64,000 nucleotides of DNA from Dendrobates tinctorius (taxonomy: Eukaryota), in NCBI RefSeq assembly GCF_039654945.1, contig NW_027361717.1, positions 28,458,001 through 28,522,000 on the forward strand. Direction: 5' to 3'. A program made the translations under genes and the position numbers. Shown piece after piece: positions 46,690-62,590 of this stretch. The notes beneath the pieces are model-generated. The model was not told the origin of the DNA, ran no database searches, and saw nothing but the letters and a program-made list of their open reading frames with translations. Position 1 is the stretch's first letter; each line of letters begins with the position of its first letter.

Positions 46690-47690
46690 GCATTTTATAT
46701 AATCTTCAGATTTCATGATGCATTGCATACAGTCAAGGCACCCACTGCAAGAGGTTGCAAAACAATTCCAAAACATCTTTGAACCTCAACCATATATGAC
46801 TGCAAGTACTGTGTTCTTTTCTTTGTAGGCCTTATTCATATTTCGGTAAACAGTAGAATGATGTGCTTTTCCTAAAGCTCTATCTTGCTCTCAACTGTCC
46901 ACAATACTTTTTCGCAGAATAATTTTGGATTACTCACATTTTGACAATCTGCAGTCTTGCATTTCTATGTCTCTGTGTCAAGTGTGGTCCTCCTGCCATA
47001 GTGTTTCATTGAATTCAAATGTCTATAGATAGTTTGTGCTGAAACTGAATGCACTCTGGGGTCTGCAGGACAGCTTGAATTTCTTTGGATCTTGATTGGG
47101 GCTGCATATCCACCATCAGGACTATGCTGCGTTGCAACCTTTCATCAACTTTTCTCTGCCGTCCACGTCCAGGGAGATGAGCTACAGTGCCATGTGTTTT
47201 AAACTTCTAGATTATGTTGCACACCATCAACAAAGGAACATCTAAATCTCTAGAGATGAACTAGTAACCTTGAGATTGTTGATATTTTTCTACAATTTTG
47301 GTTCTCAAGTCCTCAGAGTTCTATTCTCCTCTGTCTGTCTGTTCTCCATGCTTAGTGTGACACACACAGACGCAGAATGCAAAGACTGAATCAAATTCTT
47401 CCCTTTTTATCTAGTTTCAGGTGTGATTTTCATATTTCCCACACCTGTTACTTGCCACAGGTGTGTTTGAACGAGCATCACGTTTGAAACAAAGTTATTG
47501 ACTCACATTTTTGGAAAGGTGGCAACAATTTTTTTGGCTCATTTTGGGAGTTTTGTGTGAAATTCTGTCCAGTTTGTCTTTTTTTCTGTGTTGTTACAAT
47601 GCATACAAAGGAAATGAACATGTTTATAACTGCAATAATTTTCTGGGAGAAAAACAATTTTCTGGAACAATTTCAAGGGTGCTGATACTT
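46690..47690 (-). mobile_element. Decayed Tc1-like transposon fragment
   Basis: MFWNCFATSCSGCLDCMQCIMKSEDY resembles Tc1 MxWGCF..G.L..V.GIM.S..Y; terminal ...GGGTGCTGATACTTT. Confidence 0.65.
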
Positions 47691-48299
47691 TACTCACCCT
47701 CTCCTCCACTCCCCCGCTGCGTGGCATCCTCTTCTGCAGTCAAATTCAGTGTGCAAGTGATGGTAGCGCATGACATTACTGCCATGCTCCCCCAGTCACA
47801 TGCACACGGTCAGTTTCTGGCCTCTGACTAATTGTCAGTGTATTGCAGTGCACGGACCTTCTGGTCTCTGTGCCACAGCACACTTCAGCTGTCCAAGGAC
47901 GCACATCCAGTTGAAGTTTGCAATGGAACTGGTGGGCCTCCCCACCCGCAGTCCTGGTGGCGACCTCTGCGTCGGCACTTGTTATTCCCCCTGCATTTCA
48001 GGTATGGTTTGAGGCACAAATTCTCCAGATACTCATCCGATTCAGCATCTGTAGCATTTGCTGGGGAAACAAGTCTGACTCAACATCAGGAGACCTTTGG
48101 GTTCCTTGAGCAGTCCATGCTTTCATGGGTCAAATCTGTTTTGGTTGCCCAAGTGGCATATTAGGCAGATAGTGGGGGATCTGTCACTAATTTTCACAAT
48201 ACACACTGCATACATTAGTAAATAGATGTTTTAGTCCTGTTGTGACTCATACTGACTTGGAAAATCTGCGCTAGAATGGCTTTAAAAATTATTTTTAAA

Positions 48300-49763
48300 T
48301 GATTACCCTTTGCTATTGGATGAGCCTGGGCACAAAAAAATGCTTATTTAAATATGTTATACAGCCAGTCTGACATGGACTTTCAAAGTAAGTACACCAG
48401 CTTGTTAGGTTTTTGATTTATTTAATGTTTGCAAAAAATGGCAACACATGCTCATTGATATTGTTTGATTGGTGTATATATGAGAAGAGAATTTTTGTTC
48501 AGCAAGATGGGCTAAAGGTTGAAGTTGATGGACTGATATCTGCCTTCAATCTCACAAATTATGACACTGCATTGCACTTAAAACTCTGCTTCTGAGAGCA
48601 GTTCGTACACTCTAACTTTCTACAAAGTATATAGAAATTTTCCCTGTTTATGTTGATCATTGTGTCCCAAGCATGAAGAACCCTTTATGTTTTGGAAGAC
48701 AGTTTCATGTCACAGGTCATACACCATTGCAAGACTGAGCAGAACAATAAGGCACAAGATAGTTATACTGCATCAGCAAGGTCTTTCTCCAGAAAACATT
48801 TAAAAGAAGATGTGCTGTTCCCATTCTTTTCAAGAAGCACAAAGAAACGGGCAACCATGAGGACTGTAAATACAGTGGTCAGCCAAGAAAACTTAGTGCA
48901 GAAAATGAAAGCCACATCATACTTACTTCCCTTCAAAATCGAAAGATGCCCACCAGTGCCATAAGCTCAGTATTGGCAGCAACCAGTAGGACACGTTTAT
49001 TGTTCAGAGAAGCCTTGCAAAAACTTGTCCTCATGGAAGAATTGCGGTCAAAAAGGATTAACTTCATCATGGAAACAAGGCCGAGTGACTCAACTATAAA
49101 AGAAAACATAAGAACTTGAGTGCAGAAAAATGGCAACAGGTTCTTTAGAGCAGAAAGCAGTTTATTTGTTAAGGACTGGAGAGCGGTGCAATAACGAGTG
49201 TCTGCAGTCAACAGTAAAACATGGTGGAGGTTCCTGTGAGTTTGGGGATGCATTTTAGCAAATAGAGTTGGGGTTTTGGTCAGGATAAAAGGTGTCCTAA
49301 GTTCAGAGAAAGACATGGCGATACTAATCCATCATGCAAATCAGGGAGGCATCTGACTGCCACCAAATTTATTCTCCAGCAGGAAAACATTATCAAACAT
49401 ACAACCAATGTCATTATGAACTATCTTCAGAGTAAAGAACGAGTAGTCATGGAAGCGATGATATGGCCACCACAGACCCTGGAATCACATGATGGGACAG
49501 AAGGATTTGTGTAAGCGACATCCATAGAATATCTCTGGTTAGTTCTCTCTCTGCCAAGTTCCTTCAAAAACTGTGTGCAAGTGTACGTAGCAGAACTGAT
49601 GCTTTGATACAGTTTTGAAGGCAAAGGTTGGTCCAACCAAAAAATAGATTTTAAGTTTTTTGTTCATTCCCTTTGCATTTTAAAAATAAAAATAAACTTA
49701 AAACTTCTATTTTTGGAAAGCAGTCTTACTTTCCACGCCTGCTTAAACTGTTGCACAGTACTG
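48300..49763 (+). mobile_element. Highly decayed Tc1-like transposon
   Basis: [13 protein letters not shown] remnant at ~49212-49255 and WPPQT at ~49463; ends AAACTGTTGCACAGTACTG|TA. Confidence 0.6.
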
Positions 49764-50981
49764 TATATCGGTAGATGTTTTACTGAAGATAGCAGGCGCA
49801 GTAAATAAGACACAGTTGATATCTCATTTCCGAAATTTTATTCAGTAGAGGTTCTTTTCCAACCAGTAGTTTACAAAAAGAAACATAAAAAAATGAGCAA
49901 AACATGAAATACGTCTGATGAGAAAATAAAACAGTTTTTAATTCAAATAAACATTTCCACGACTTCTCAAGGTTAAGACAGAGCTAGACTTCACAGCGAG
50001 ATGAGAAGAAGCTTTACAAAAAGAGCCATGTGGGAAAATTAATAGCTCTCAGTCCCAGGAACTGGCAGTGCCCACACGTGATACCCTTGCAGAAGAAAAC
50101 AGCATCCGTGCCTCTGGGCATGCCTATTTATCAGGCATGAAGAGCTTTCTGCTAACCCTTTAAGTGATGGAGAGCTAAAATGGAGAGAAACACTACAAAA
50201 CAAATGGTAGGAATCATAGTGTGTAATGCCAATAAAAAATACCCTGTTTGCGCGCATATAAGAAAGTGATTGTTCTTATGCTTAGGTTTGCTTTATATTC
50301 TATAAATAAAAAACGGGATGTGGACTGTGCACACGCATGGGGTTTATGGTCTGAACCTGCCCTGTAGGCAGAACGGCTTCTCCATCAGTTTTGGAACGAT
50401 GTCCTACCATACGCCGTTCTCCACAAGCTGGATTTCAGCAGCTGGACAAATAGTCCTATGAAGCATGTGTAGGTCACCTACAAATCGGTGCCCGATTATA
50501 ATTACCAGTCTGTCATACGTAAAGGGAAAAAGCTGAAGAGATTTGGTACACGTAAATCAAACTCAAACTTTACAGTTAATTGTAAGCTAATGTCACATTT
50601 TGTAAGGGAAGTTTGGAACAATAGTTTCAAATTCTACAAACTCACAGAAAGAACTCAGAATGCATATTTAAAATGATCGCTAAAGCTAAAAATACAGCTG
50701 TAGCCCACATTGCAAGTGCCCGCTGACCTAAAATCTCACCTACGTGCTCCTCCCGAGTTGTCGGATGCGCGTGTATATTTTGGCAGGCCTGCAGTCTGCC
50801 TATGTTCAGTCCCGAGGAGTGATCATCATGACTTGCTTGGCAATCAATAAAAAGTCCCCCTTACACATTAGATAGCTGTCTAATGACTGGTCGACAGATA
50901 TCGTTCCCCAATTCGAGTCAGGAAGCTCTTATACACATTAGATGGTCAGACAATCCCAAAATCTCTAGTTCGTCCGACTTG

Positions 50982-52227
50982 CAGTGGCTTGCGAAAGTAT
51001 TCCCCCCATTGGCTTTTTATCCATTTTGTTACATCACAATCTGTGTTTAAATATTTTTGTAATCTTATTTGTGTGTAATGTATCAGACCTAAATAGTTAC
51101 CATAAGCTGGTGAAGTGAGAAAAATTATAGGCATTAATTAAATTTATGGGATTAACTAGCTAAAAATTAGCATGTGCATATGTATTCACCCCATTTGCTA
51201 TGAAGCCCCGAAAATTTTTTGGTGCAAGCAATTACCTTCATTAGTCACATGCTTAGCTCCAGAGTTCCCAAGCAGAGACTGAAGTATCTGTCCATATGAA
51301 CACAATACGCCTTACACTCCATAGAGGTGGCCTTTATGGAAAAAGGCAGAAAAAAGCCTTTACTTACACACAAAAATTGTGAGGCTCGTTTTGAGTTTGC
51401 CAAAATACATTTGGGAGACTCCCCCAATGTATGGAAGAAGGTGCTGTGATCAGATGAGACCAAAATTGAACTTTTTGGCCACCAAGGTAAACACCATCTC
51501 TGGCGCGAAACAACATAGCTCATCACCCCAAGAACACCATCCCCACACTGAAACATAGTGGTGACAGCATCATCCTGTGGGGATTTTTTTTTGCAACATG
51601 GACAGGGAAAATAGTTTGATGGCAAGATAGATGGTGTGAAATACAGGGATATTTTTCAGCAAAACCTGTTTCAGTCTGTCTGATTTGAGACTGGGATGGA
51701 GTTTCACCTGGCAACAAGACAATGACCCAAAGCTTACTGTTAAAGCAACACTCGAGTGGTTTAAGGAGAAATATGTAAATGTTTTGGAGTGGCCTAGTCA
51801 AAGCCCAGACCTTAATCCATTTGAGGATCCGTGGTCAGACTTGAAGATTGCTGTTCACAAGAGGAAACCATCTAACTTGAAGGAGCTGGAGCAGTTTTGC
51901 CTTAAAGAATGGGCAAAAATCCCAGTGGCAAGATGTGGAAAAACTCAGTTATCCAAAGCAACTTGAAGTTGTAATTTACTCAAAAGGAGGCTCTACAAAG
52001 TACTGATTTGGGGTGGGGGTGAATAATTATGCACACTGAAGTTTTTAGTTATTTTGGTTATTTTGTCCCATTTGTTTGCTTCAGAATAAAAATAAAACAA
52101 AATATTCACAGTTGCAGGCATGTTCTTTACATGAACGGATGCAAACCCTCAAAAAATCTCAGTGAAATTCCAGGTTGTGAGGTAGCAAAACACAGAAAAT
52201 GCCAAGGAATGCTTTCGCAAGCCACCG
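50982..52227 (+). mobile_element. Decayed Tc1-like transposon with TIRs
   Basis: CAGTGGCTTGCGAAAGTATT / ATGCTTTCGCAAGCCACCG; WSDETKIELFG-like, QQDNDPK, WPSQSPDLNPFEDPW. Confidence 0.85.
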
Positions 52228-55200
52228 CATCTAAATTGCATGGGGGCTTTAAAGTAGCACTCCAATTTTGTTTTTGTAATTGCACCTCACCTGATTGTTA
52301 CATTCTGCACTTGTATACAGTGCACTTACTTGCATGTAATTCAGACTCCTGTTTTCTTTTTGCCAGCCTTCATCTCGAGTTCTAGTCTTTATCCTGCATT
52401 TTAATTTTCTACGCTATAAATCACATGTTGGAACAGTAAAGCATCACCAGAGCAGCTGGAGGCAACACCATCTCTGCTAGCTGGGATGACATGGATTAGC
52501 CCGCTCTCTATATGGATTATAAGTATACAGTCAGGGAGGCTGAACAGTGAGCTCCTGCATTATAATTGTGTGACTGGCACTGTGCAGTCATCATCATTAT
52601 ATTTGATATGAGCTTGAGTTCCCCCTGTGGAGAACCTTAGGGGTACAGTCCATGCAATTGCATCATACAGGAACCTCTATTGACTGACTTGGTGAAACCC
52701 CATCATAGAACATGTGTCATGTGATTCTGAGCAGGTCGTCATGCTATCACATAACTGAGGATTTCCAGACAGAAAAAACACTAAATAAGGCAACATCTGC
52801 TGAAATTTATATAATATATATATATCTATATATTTATTTATTTATTAGTGGGAGACTAGTGAAAAGACACATTTACAAATAAAAATAAAACAAAACCTTA
52901 AGTGCTACTTTAAAGCCTGTAAAGTCTGTGACCACAATGGGTAATTTCCTATTCATGGTTTCTGGGTGGATAACTCAACCAATGTGACTGAGACCTAAAT
53001 TGAATTGCTGAATTGGCCTGCCCAAATCATCCGGTGGATTCACCCATCAGCAGGGACTGTGTAGGTTGGATGTTAGTATCATGGTAACAAGTGAGAGCAT
53101 TTATGTGACATTCTGTGTGAGCCAACAAACGGGATTACAGAAGGGATGTAGTATACATGAGTCATTGAAAGGTCCTACTGTATTTGAAATATAAATTTTT
53201 TTCACCGATTCATGCACTATAGCTGCACAGTTTGGAAATTTTACCCAGCACAATCAAGTATAATGAGAATAATTAGAGCATAATTAGAACGGCCTCATAA
53301 ATAGCTTTGTAGACCTAAAATATAAATGGACTACACTGGAAACGACAACCTGTAGTTACCTGTAGACCAAGGTCATCAATAAAGGGATATAACCATCTCA
53401 GGCCCTGTGCAGGGGAACGGCGAGGCCTGCTGCCGTGCCCTGCACAACTGGGTGGTCGGGAGTGCAGTCAAACCGGCCTTTAATTCTCAGGATCAGTAGG
53501 GGCCTTAAAGCTCAGACCCTTACCCATCATAAGGTCATGGTATATACTAGTAATGTGCCATCACTTTATGACATGGGAGTAACCCTTTGAACGTAAACCA
53601 GCAATGTAAATAACCATGTCTAGATTAATTACCTTTTTTTGCTAAAATTAAACTAAAAATAAATATTGCCGTTTTGTGTCCACAGCTCCTATGCACACCT
53701 ATGTGTCTTCATAGAAACAGGCTACAAACAAATCCCATTTATACTCCGAGTATGCAGCTATATCTCTCTTCCGCCTGCCACCTAATCTACAGACAGTTGG
53801 GAGTGGGAGGTAAATGCACGGGAGTAATGTCCTCCACAAGCTTTACATGAAAGTCATCCAAACCTACCGATCTTGGGAAACCATCTGATGCAAAGGGGGC
53901 CCCCAGACTCTCCCCAAACAGATTATGTCAGGGACAGAAGGATCAGGCAGATGGAATTTCAACACCCAATCCTTTTGGTTTTCTAGGCGGGGTAAGCTGC
54001 TGGCAGAGGAGTCTGGCGAAAGCTTTCTCGTCCACTCGGCTGAACCAGGTGTATGGGGGTGTGAAGAGACATAGTGCTCTGCAGAACCAAAATTTGTCCA
54101 ACAGCGATCTCACCAGCATGGGTGCAGGAGGAAATATCGGGTTTGTCTATAGTCTACAACCACGGATACACAAGTTTGCAAGCTGTAGACAGGAACAAAA
54201 ATGTAACTTTTTTTTTTTTTTGTAAAGTGGTTTCATTTTGCATGGACCAAAATTTTGTAAATTTTATGCTTGCCTACAGACTGAGCACAATAATTAAAAT
54301 TAATTTTTATCATTTATCACCGTTAGGACAAACCCATAGGAAGGATTTAATAACTGACTATGGAAATATTTTTTTGAGGACCAGTTAAAAGTAAAAAAAC
54401 AATCCCCCACCAAAAACAGTGCAACACTTGGTGGTTCCAGAAAGTCTGTACAAACACCTGTAGTCCAGGGTGAAAAAAAAAAAAAGAAAAGCGCAACTCC
54501 TCAATACCGAGTTAAGGCAGAGAAAAGCGGTACCTGTATTGTAATACTGACAAAAGAAAACCTCATATTTTCCACAATGAAAGCAACACTTAAAAATAAA
54601 TATATACAGAAAGATTATAAATCATCTTTGGTCTTCTAAATATTACATAAACTTTTTTTTTCCTCCAACTTATTTTTTTTTTCTTTTTATCATTAAAGAA
54701 ATTACAGCATTGATCATGGAACTGATCTTAAAGAAGAAAACAACTTGATACATTATGCATCTTATATTAAAAAAACAAAACAAAACGACACACGTAATCC
54801 AGCCACAGCGGATTAATAAAGTGCTCAGAGTGGTAAGGAAAGTGGCTGCCTCAAGTAGGCCGTGCCTATTGTGAAAGCAATGGGTGCGGGATCAGATTGT
54901 TCTGCAATCTCCAAAAAGATTTGAAGGTTTAAAATAATAATAATAAAAAAAAAATTAAAGAAAAAAAAGGGAGGGTAGAATACTTCATGCCAACCAAGCC
55001 AAGCATGGATGCTTCGTGCTATGATAATGTGCAAAGCTGACATTTCTTACACCACTGCTGTACGTAAAGCATCACATATGCTGCCAGGATATAAAATGCA
55101 ACCTGCCCTTTCTGACCGGCTCACATGAGATCCCTGTACTTCATGGTGTTGCTTCTTCTGGCTACGGCACCTAGTGACAATCATAAAAGTGACACTTGGT

Positions 55201-55340
55201 TTCTGGACACCTTCCAATGCGATACGTTATTGAATGCGGAGAAACTGAGCCTCACACAAGGATCACCAACCATTTAGCCACCAGGTACATACTCCGTGTA
55301 CTGGCCCTTGGCCATCTCATGAAATACACGGCATACACAA

Positions 55341-55777
55341 AGCTTACTTTCACATTAGCGTTTTTTTAGCGCTGCGCTTCGTGCGCAGTAGCAACGCATG
55401 CAAAAACTGCATCATGCGTTTTGCATGCATTTGCGTTTTTTAGGCGCATGCGTTTTAACCAGTTTCTAGCCATGTTAACTCTTAAAACGCATGCGATTTC
55501 AAATGCAGGCGTGCGCATGTCCATGCGCACACCTGCGTTCCCATAGACTGTAATGTGTTTTTTTGTCGCATTCTGTGCGCAAGCGATTTTTTTACGCCGT
55601 TGGACGGACCCAAAAATGCAACAGGTTGCGTCTCACTACAAAAGACGCATGCGCACGAAAACGCATACGAACGCTTGCAAATGCTAGATCATGCGCCCGC
55701 CATGTTAAACGTAGGGGCGCGAGGCGCATGGACGCGCACGATGCGCTGCGCTAAAAAACGCTAATGTGAAACCAGCC
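55341..55777. mobile_element. Harbinger MITE sharing the right TIR of the 13178-20151 element
   Basis: CTTTCACATTAGCGTTTTTTAGCG ... CGCTAAAAAACGCTAATGTGAAACCAGCC|TAA; rich in TGCGCATGCG motifs. Confidence 0.75.
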
Positions 55778-56702
55778 TAAGCACCACTAAAAAACCTGGA
55801 CAATCTGGAGCCACAAACACCAGAAACTGAAAGAACTTGAGAATTCAACAATGCTTTCAGGTATGTCCACAGGGTAAGAAAATTTAACAGAATTTACATT
55901 TTCTGAAAACTACAGATTTGCCATGAAATTTGCTAAAAATCCAAGTTACAAATAGATTTGTAGCAGATTTCACCTCCCTGGCAAAGCGTTAAACATAAAT
56001 TGACATTCCATAGCTTTAACAGCTTCCACAAGTCAACTTCCATGGAGATTATTTTACAATTTTGCAGAGATTTGGTCAAAAATATCAGTCACTTTGCAGT
56101 AATCAGCACTTCGAAAATCTAGATGAAGAATCTTCAGCGCATCCACCCCTGTGAACATATCCTTTAGTAATGGTAATCATTCTAAAATTGCATAAAGAGA
56201 TGATAAAAAGCGCCCGGACAGGACCATAAACATCTAAACAAAAGAGGAACCGAACAGAAAGCGCATGAAGGTGCAATAAACAAGACGGGCGCAGAGTCAG
56301 ACACAGGATAGGATCAGTGGACATGACCGTGTACATAGTACTAACTCAACAATCAAGTGTAGCCCTGGGGTGAACGGACCGGTCAGCAATCTGGCGAAGT
56401 AATGAGAGCGTTGTTCGTTACAGTCCTTCATATCCCTGTTCTTTTACCCACATCAAGTGCTCTTACTACTTACAGACCGCTAACATGCCCGTTCACCACA
56501 GCCAAGCTAAGTTCAGACAATANNNNNNNNNNNNNNNNNNNNNNNNNNNNNNNNNNNNNNNNNNNNNNNNNNNNNNNNNNNNNNNNNNNNNNNNNNNNNN
56601 NNNNNNNNNNNNNNNNNNNNNNNNNNNNNNNNNNNNNNNNNNNNNNNNNNNNNNNNNNNNNNNNNNNNNNNNNNNNNNNNNNNNNNNNNNNNNNNNNNNN
56701 NN

Positions 56703-58234
<1,532 letters not shown>

Positions 58235-61059
58235 TGTGTGTATGTATATATACACATATATACACACTATAGTGTACAAAATTTTATAAAATCGCCTGAT
58301 TTTCATCTAGAAAAAAAATGAACAATTTTCAGCTCAGTTGTCATCTGTATGCATTCCACATGGCATCAGATTTTATACATCCGCAGTTATTAAAATGTAC
58401 AAGTCCAAATACAGCTTCTTATGTTAAAGAATTGCAATGTATCAGATTTCCTTTTTTGGGGGGCATGCATAGGCTTGAATAGGTCAGTCTCAACCAGCAG
58501 ACCAGTGGTGCACGCTGCAATTATTTTCATGCACAGATTCGGTCCGTGAAAAAAAACAAAACCTGCTCATCTATACACCCTAGTTGAGTAGCATTGGTCC
58601 CAGCACTGTCCACGTGATCTCAGATTTATCATGGCCATGTGAACTTGGCCTCACAGTACTACCCTTTGCTCAGGCAGTATTAACCTGAGACACGGTTACA
58701 TTCGCTGCTCATTTTTTGTGTCTGACTGAGCCATCCTGTTTAGCTTACCATCATGCTTTATCTGGACAGTTTCACCATTTGGGGAGGTCTATGGTGCTGG
58801 ATAGCAGATATGTCCTGTTGGTGGCACAAACGTTCACTCCCAAGCATGTGGCGTCTACTGTACTAGGCAAATCATGAAGAGTACGACCGGTGCTGAACGC
58901 CATGTAAAACTAGACATAAAAAATGAACTTTTACATTTCAGATGTCCTAGGAGCAGGGCATGGCCTTCAAATAGGACGGTGTATGTATTAAGTGCTTAAA
59001 TCTCTTGCTAAGCAGATCAGCCCTTTGCACAACCCGCCTGTTACATCATATATTGGATAAACATCTCCACCACACATGGACAATGGGGAGTTCTTCAGAA
59101 GAACAGGTACATCATGGACCCTCGGTGAACATTAGAGTGGCCCCTCATATTCCCAAGTCTGAAAACACACACAGTTTTTGATTAAACTTTTGACCTGAAG
59201 CCAGAAGTGGATCCAGTGGGATTGTAACTATAAGTCCTTCATTTAGATTTCCAATTCCTTTGGAATCCACTTTTTGTTTTTGCTCAAAATGTGTTTCCAG
59301 CCTTAAAGGAGTTGACCACCAAGATGACATTGATGACCTATCCTTAAGATTGGGGCGGAGTGTCGATCCCCAATCAATCAGCTGTTACCAGGATGTCAAC
59401 GGTGCCTGGAGCAGGACATCCTGGGAATGGCAGACCAGCTTCTGTGCAAGTGAATAGTATCAGATCTTTACTAACCAGCAGTGGTCTCTGCACAGTGTAC
59501 AGAGCGGTCCTGTTCAGCTCCTTACACTGTTTACATCTGGCCGCTGGATTGGTAAGAGTGCCGAGTGTCTGACCCCCACTGATCTGACATTGATGATCTA
59601 GGCTACAGAAAGGCCATCAGTACCATAGTAGTGGATCACACCTTTAGATGGGTTGTCACACAAGCATTTGTCTCCTATCCATGGGATATGTGATAAATGC
59701 ATGATCGCTGAGGGTCCCATTGTTAGGTATTCCAACAATCACAAGACCAGGAGAAACGTCACCTGATTAAATGGCGTGGAGGTCAGACATGTTCAGTATT
59801 GCTATGGCACTGACAGACAGTACAGAGCTTGGCAGGACCCCACATGTGCATGCTACTCAACCTGGTGACACAGGACCCCTGTTCTTGGGATTGAGGGAGG
59901 CCTTACCAAACATGTATACCCAAAAACTAGCATTGGTCAACAACTTCTACATATCAATACCAATAGTAAATTAGGCCTTATTCACATCTTTTATCCATGT
60001 GTTTGTATTTTGGAAGGAGGCATATTTTTGTCCCAATTAACTAAAAAAGCCCACAGGAAAATCCCCTGACCACAGACGCCATTTTGTTTTTTGTTATTGC
60101 TTTTAGTGAAGAGAGCTAAGTTTGTCTGATCTTTCCCAAGTGTCTCCTCAGATCCGGTCCGTGTGCTATCTGATGTTTTCACAAACTCATTGATGGGCAA
60201 GTTCAGGCTGCAAATCGGTACAGAGAAGCGTAGATCTCAGATTTTTTTTTTTTCCCCGAGACGTGAGAATTGCCTGACTGCTCATAACATGTCCCAAAGG
60301 ACAGCACATGGACGACAAACACTGGCGTCTGAATAAGGCCTTAATCTGTAAGGTCACATGTGGTGGTGAGGAGTAAACTTGGTGACACTGTCTGGTACTG
60401 TTCTATTGGGACTTTTCCAAATTTTTTCAGTAAACCCAAAAAATAATAAAAATAATATAAAAGTAAAAACAAAATCAAATAAAAATACAAAAAATAAAAG
60501 AAAAAAACTATTTGTACCATCTAAAAAGGAAACCAGGCCCTGACCTGATTAATTCTGGGATAGGTGGTAAAGTCTAGTGTGGTTTCTTCAAGGGTTCCTC
60601 ATTTTTTTTTTTTTTTTACTCTGCCAAGTTCCTTCTTAAACTGGCCCCGAGGTTTCACCTGAACCCTGTAGGACTGCACAGTGCTGAGCACACTTCATAG
60701 ACATCCCCTTGCCCTCCGGGTGGTGTGTCCTTACACCTCCAGGTCACCACAGCCAGGCCTATTAGATGGACCCCCAGGGTATGTGATATTGTGAGCAGTA
60801 TCTGTACTCTGCAAAGTACCGCCTGCATTGGTCAGGGCATGACAAAGCGACACGTCCCATCATCATCCCCGGCAGCTGTAAAATACTGGCACCTTGCGCC
60901 TCTTCCCTGCATCCAAACAAGACATTCAAATGTCATTGAAAGTTTTCCTATAATGAAAATGTATGAGGGTCCTGCCAAGGTGTCACACAACTCCAGCCAT
61001 CTTTAGGACAGTGAGTAGTCGTCTTTCCCAGTTCTTAGATGCCCACAATCTTGCGGGTG

Positions 61060-61090
61060 CTATGAACCTTTTCCCACAATTGGATTCTCT
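61060..61090 (-). CDS. RASA2: RASA2 last coding exon
   Basis: tttcag|(Q)ENPIVGKGS*; phase matches the preceding exon. Human RASA2 ends ..KYGSKENPIVGKAS (from memory). Confidence 0.88.
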
Positions 61091-61632
61091 CTGAAAGGCA
61101 AAAACAGAAAAAAACGAGTTATACCCATACACCGCTCTGTTGGAAGACAACATCAGGCACCTGTTAGAAACTAAAATCTTATTCCTGAGGTAAAAAGATA
61201 CAGAGAAGTCTCAATTATTATGAGTATTATTATCAGCCATCAGGTGATGTCTGCGGAGTGTCGTACTGACCTAGACCATGTGAACCGGCTGCCATGTCTG
61301 CTAGGAGAACAACACTGCTGATAAGACGCTCTCATTTCCCATAACACCTGCTGTGTACAAGAGGGGCGCACCATGGGCTTCAGCATTTTTGGAATATTTT
61401 AGGCTGTGTTTGGGTTATCACGTCGTTCTTTGCTATACTGCTTTGTCTTAAGCAATGCTAGCTGAAGATACTCTACACTGAGACCACACCAAGGCCTTCA
61501 AAACCACACCAGGAAATTGAGGACAGCAACAAGCTTTTCCCAAAACAGTGGTCATAAAATATATACATATGGAGCTTTTTTTTTTTTTTTTGCTTAGTTT
61601 GTGCTTTATCCCAACATTAATAGAATACTCAC

Positions 61633-61813
61633 TGGCTGCCATATTTTGCACTGGTGGAACCTTTCTTGTGTTTCTCGTGGGGTTCATTCAATTTCTCGAC
61701 AATGGCTTTAATTTGCTGGAGAGTCTTAAAGGTTTCCACAGAATCATCTATAGTGAAGTGGTAATCGCTGTGTTCCTGTGGGCCCTGATACACCGCCATG
61801 CTCGCACAAGCCT
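61633..61813 (-). CDS. RASA2: RASA2 (GAP1m, Ras GTPase-activating protein 2) penultimate coding exon
   Basis: tttcag|(E)ACASMAVYQGPQEHSDYHFTIDDSVETFKTLQQIKAIVEKLNEPHEKHKKGSTSAKYGS|gtgagt. Matches the RASA2 C-terminus better than RASA3. Confidence 0.9.
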
Positions 61814-62089
61814 CTGAAAAGAAAGGCAACGTTTATTTACCAAAAGTGGCCATAGAAAGGGGTCATTCGCATTCTGACGAAATTTCGTAAATGCAATATA
61901 CTAATATATAATGTAATAAGGCATGTGACATGCCATACATGCCATACCCCTGGTGTCCTAGAGTATGAAATGTGCATAGATTGCTGTGTCCATAGCTCCC
62001 ATGATGATGGCATTTACTCAAGTGACCACGTTTACGACTATGTCCTGTCTGTGCAGGTGCAGATATGTATGATTATTGATCTTATACAG

Positions 62090-62290
62090 CGCCATGAATT
62101 CCACAGAAATTTACAGACATCATTACTGTCCCCATCGGGGGTCACAATCTATATTTTCTATCCATGTCTTTGGAGTATGGGAGGAAACCCGGGGAGAACA
62201 TACTAACTCATTGCAGGTGTTGTCCTTAGTGGGATGTGAACCTGGGACCAAGGAGTTGCAAAGCTGCAGTGCTAACCACTGAGCCACCTT
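62090..62290 (-). mobile_element. tRNA-derived SINE (V-SINE-like), decayed
   Basis: Minus strand begins GGTGGCTCAGTGGTTAGCACTGCAGC..GGTCCCAGGTTCACATCC (A/B boxes), then TCTCCCCGGGTTTCCTCCCATACTCC. Confidence 0.7.
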
Positions 62291-62552
62291 TCAGCGTCGC
62301 ACAGGAGGGAAGTGCGGTGGTAATGAATAAAAAGATAAACTGCATCAGCAATCACAGTGGGACCCCTGAGTGCCCATGGGTACAGTATGTTAGCAGACCA
62401 CCATTTCCTATAGGTCCCACACGAATTACCCTAATGACAGAGTCCTATAATTCAATCAACAGGTATAAATTATATTCTCCCATGGACTAGTATATGTAGA
62501 TGCATCTGCAGGAAGACTATACTTGTCAACGGGAGAATATCCTCCAACATGC

Positions 62553-62590
62553 CCTCCTGACGGCACCACTAGAGACGAAACGCGTAGAGG
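62553..62590 (+). ncRNA. Degenerate minimal hammerhead-ribozyme motif (Penelope-type)
   Basis: CCTC-CTGACGG-..-GAC-GAAACGCGTA-GAGG. Stem I (CCTC/GAGG) and the ACGCGT palindrome are intact; the core A and stem II are mutated. Confidence 0.5.

Noticed and set aside
45995-46690. Possible solo LTR starting TGTAATG
   Set aside because: I could not identify a CA end, TSD or partner LTR.
62230-62290. tRNA gene
   Set aside because: Only A/B-box remnants followed by SINE body; no full cloverleaf.
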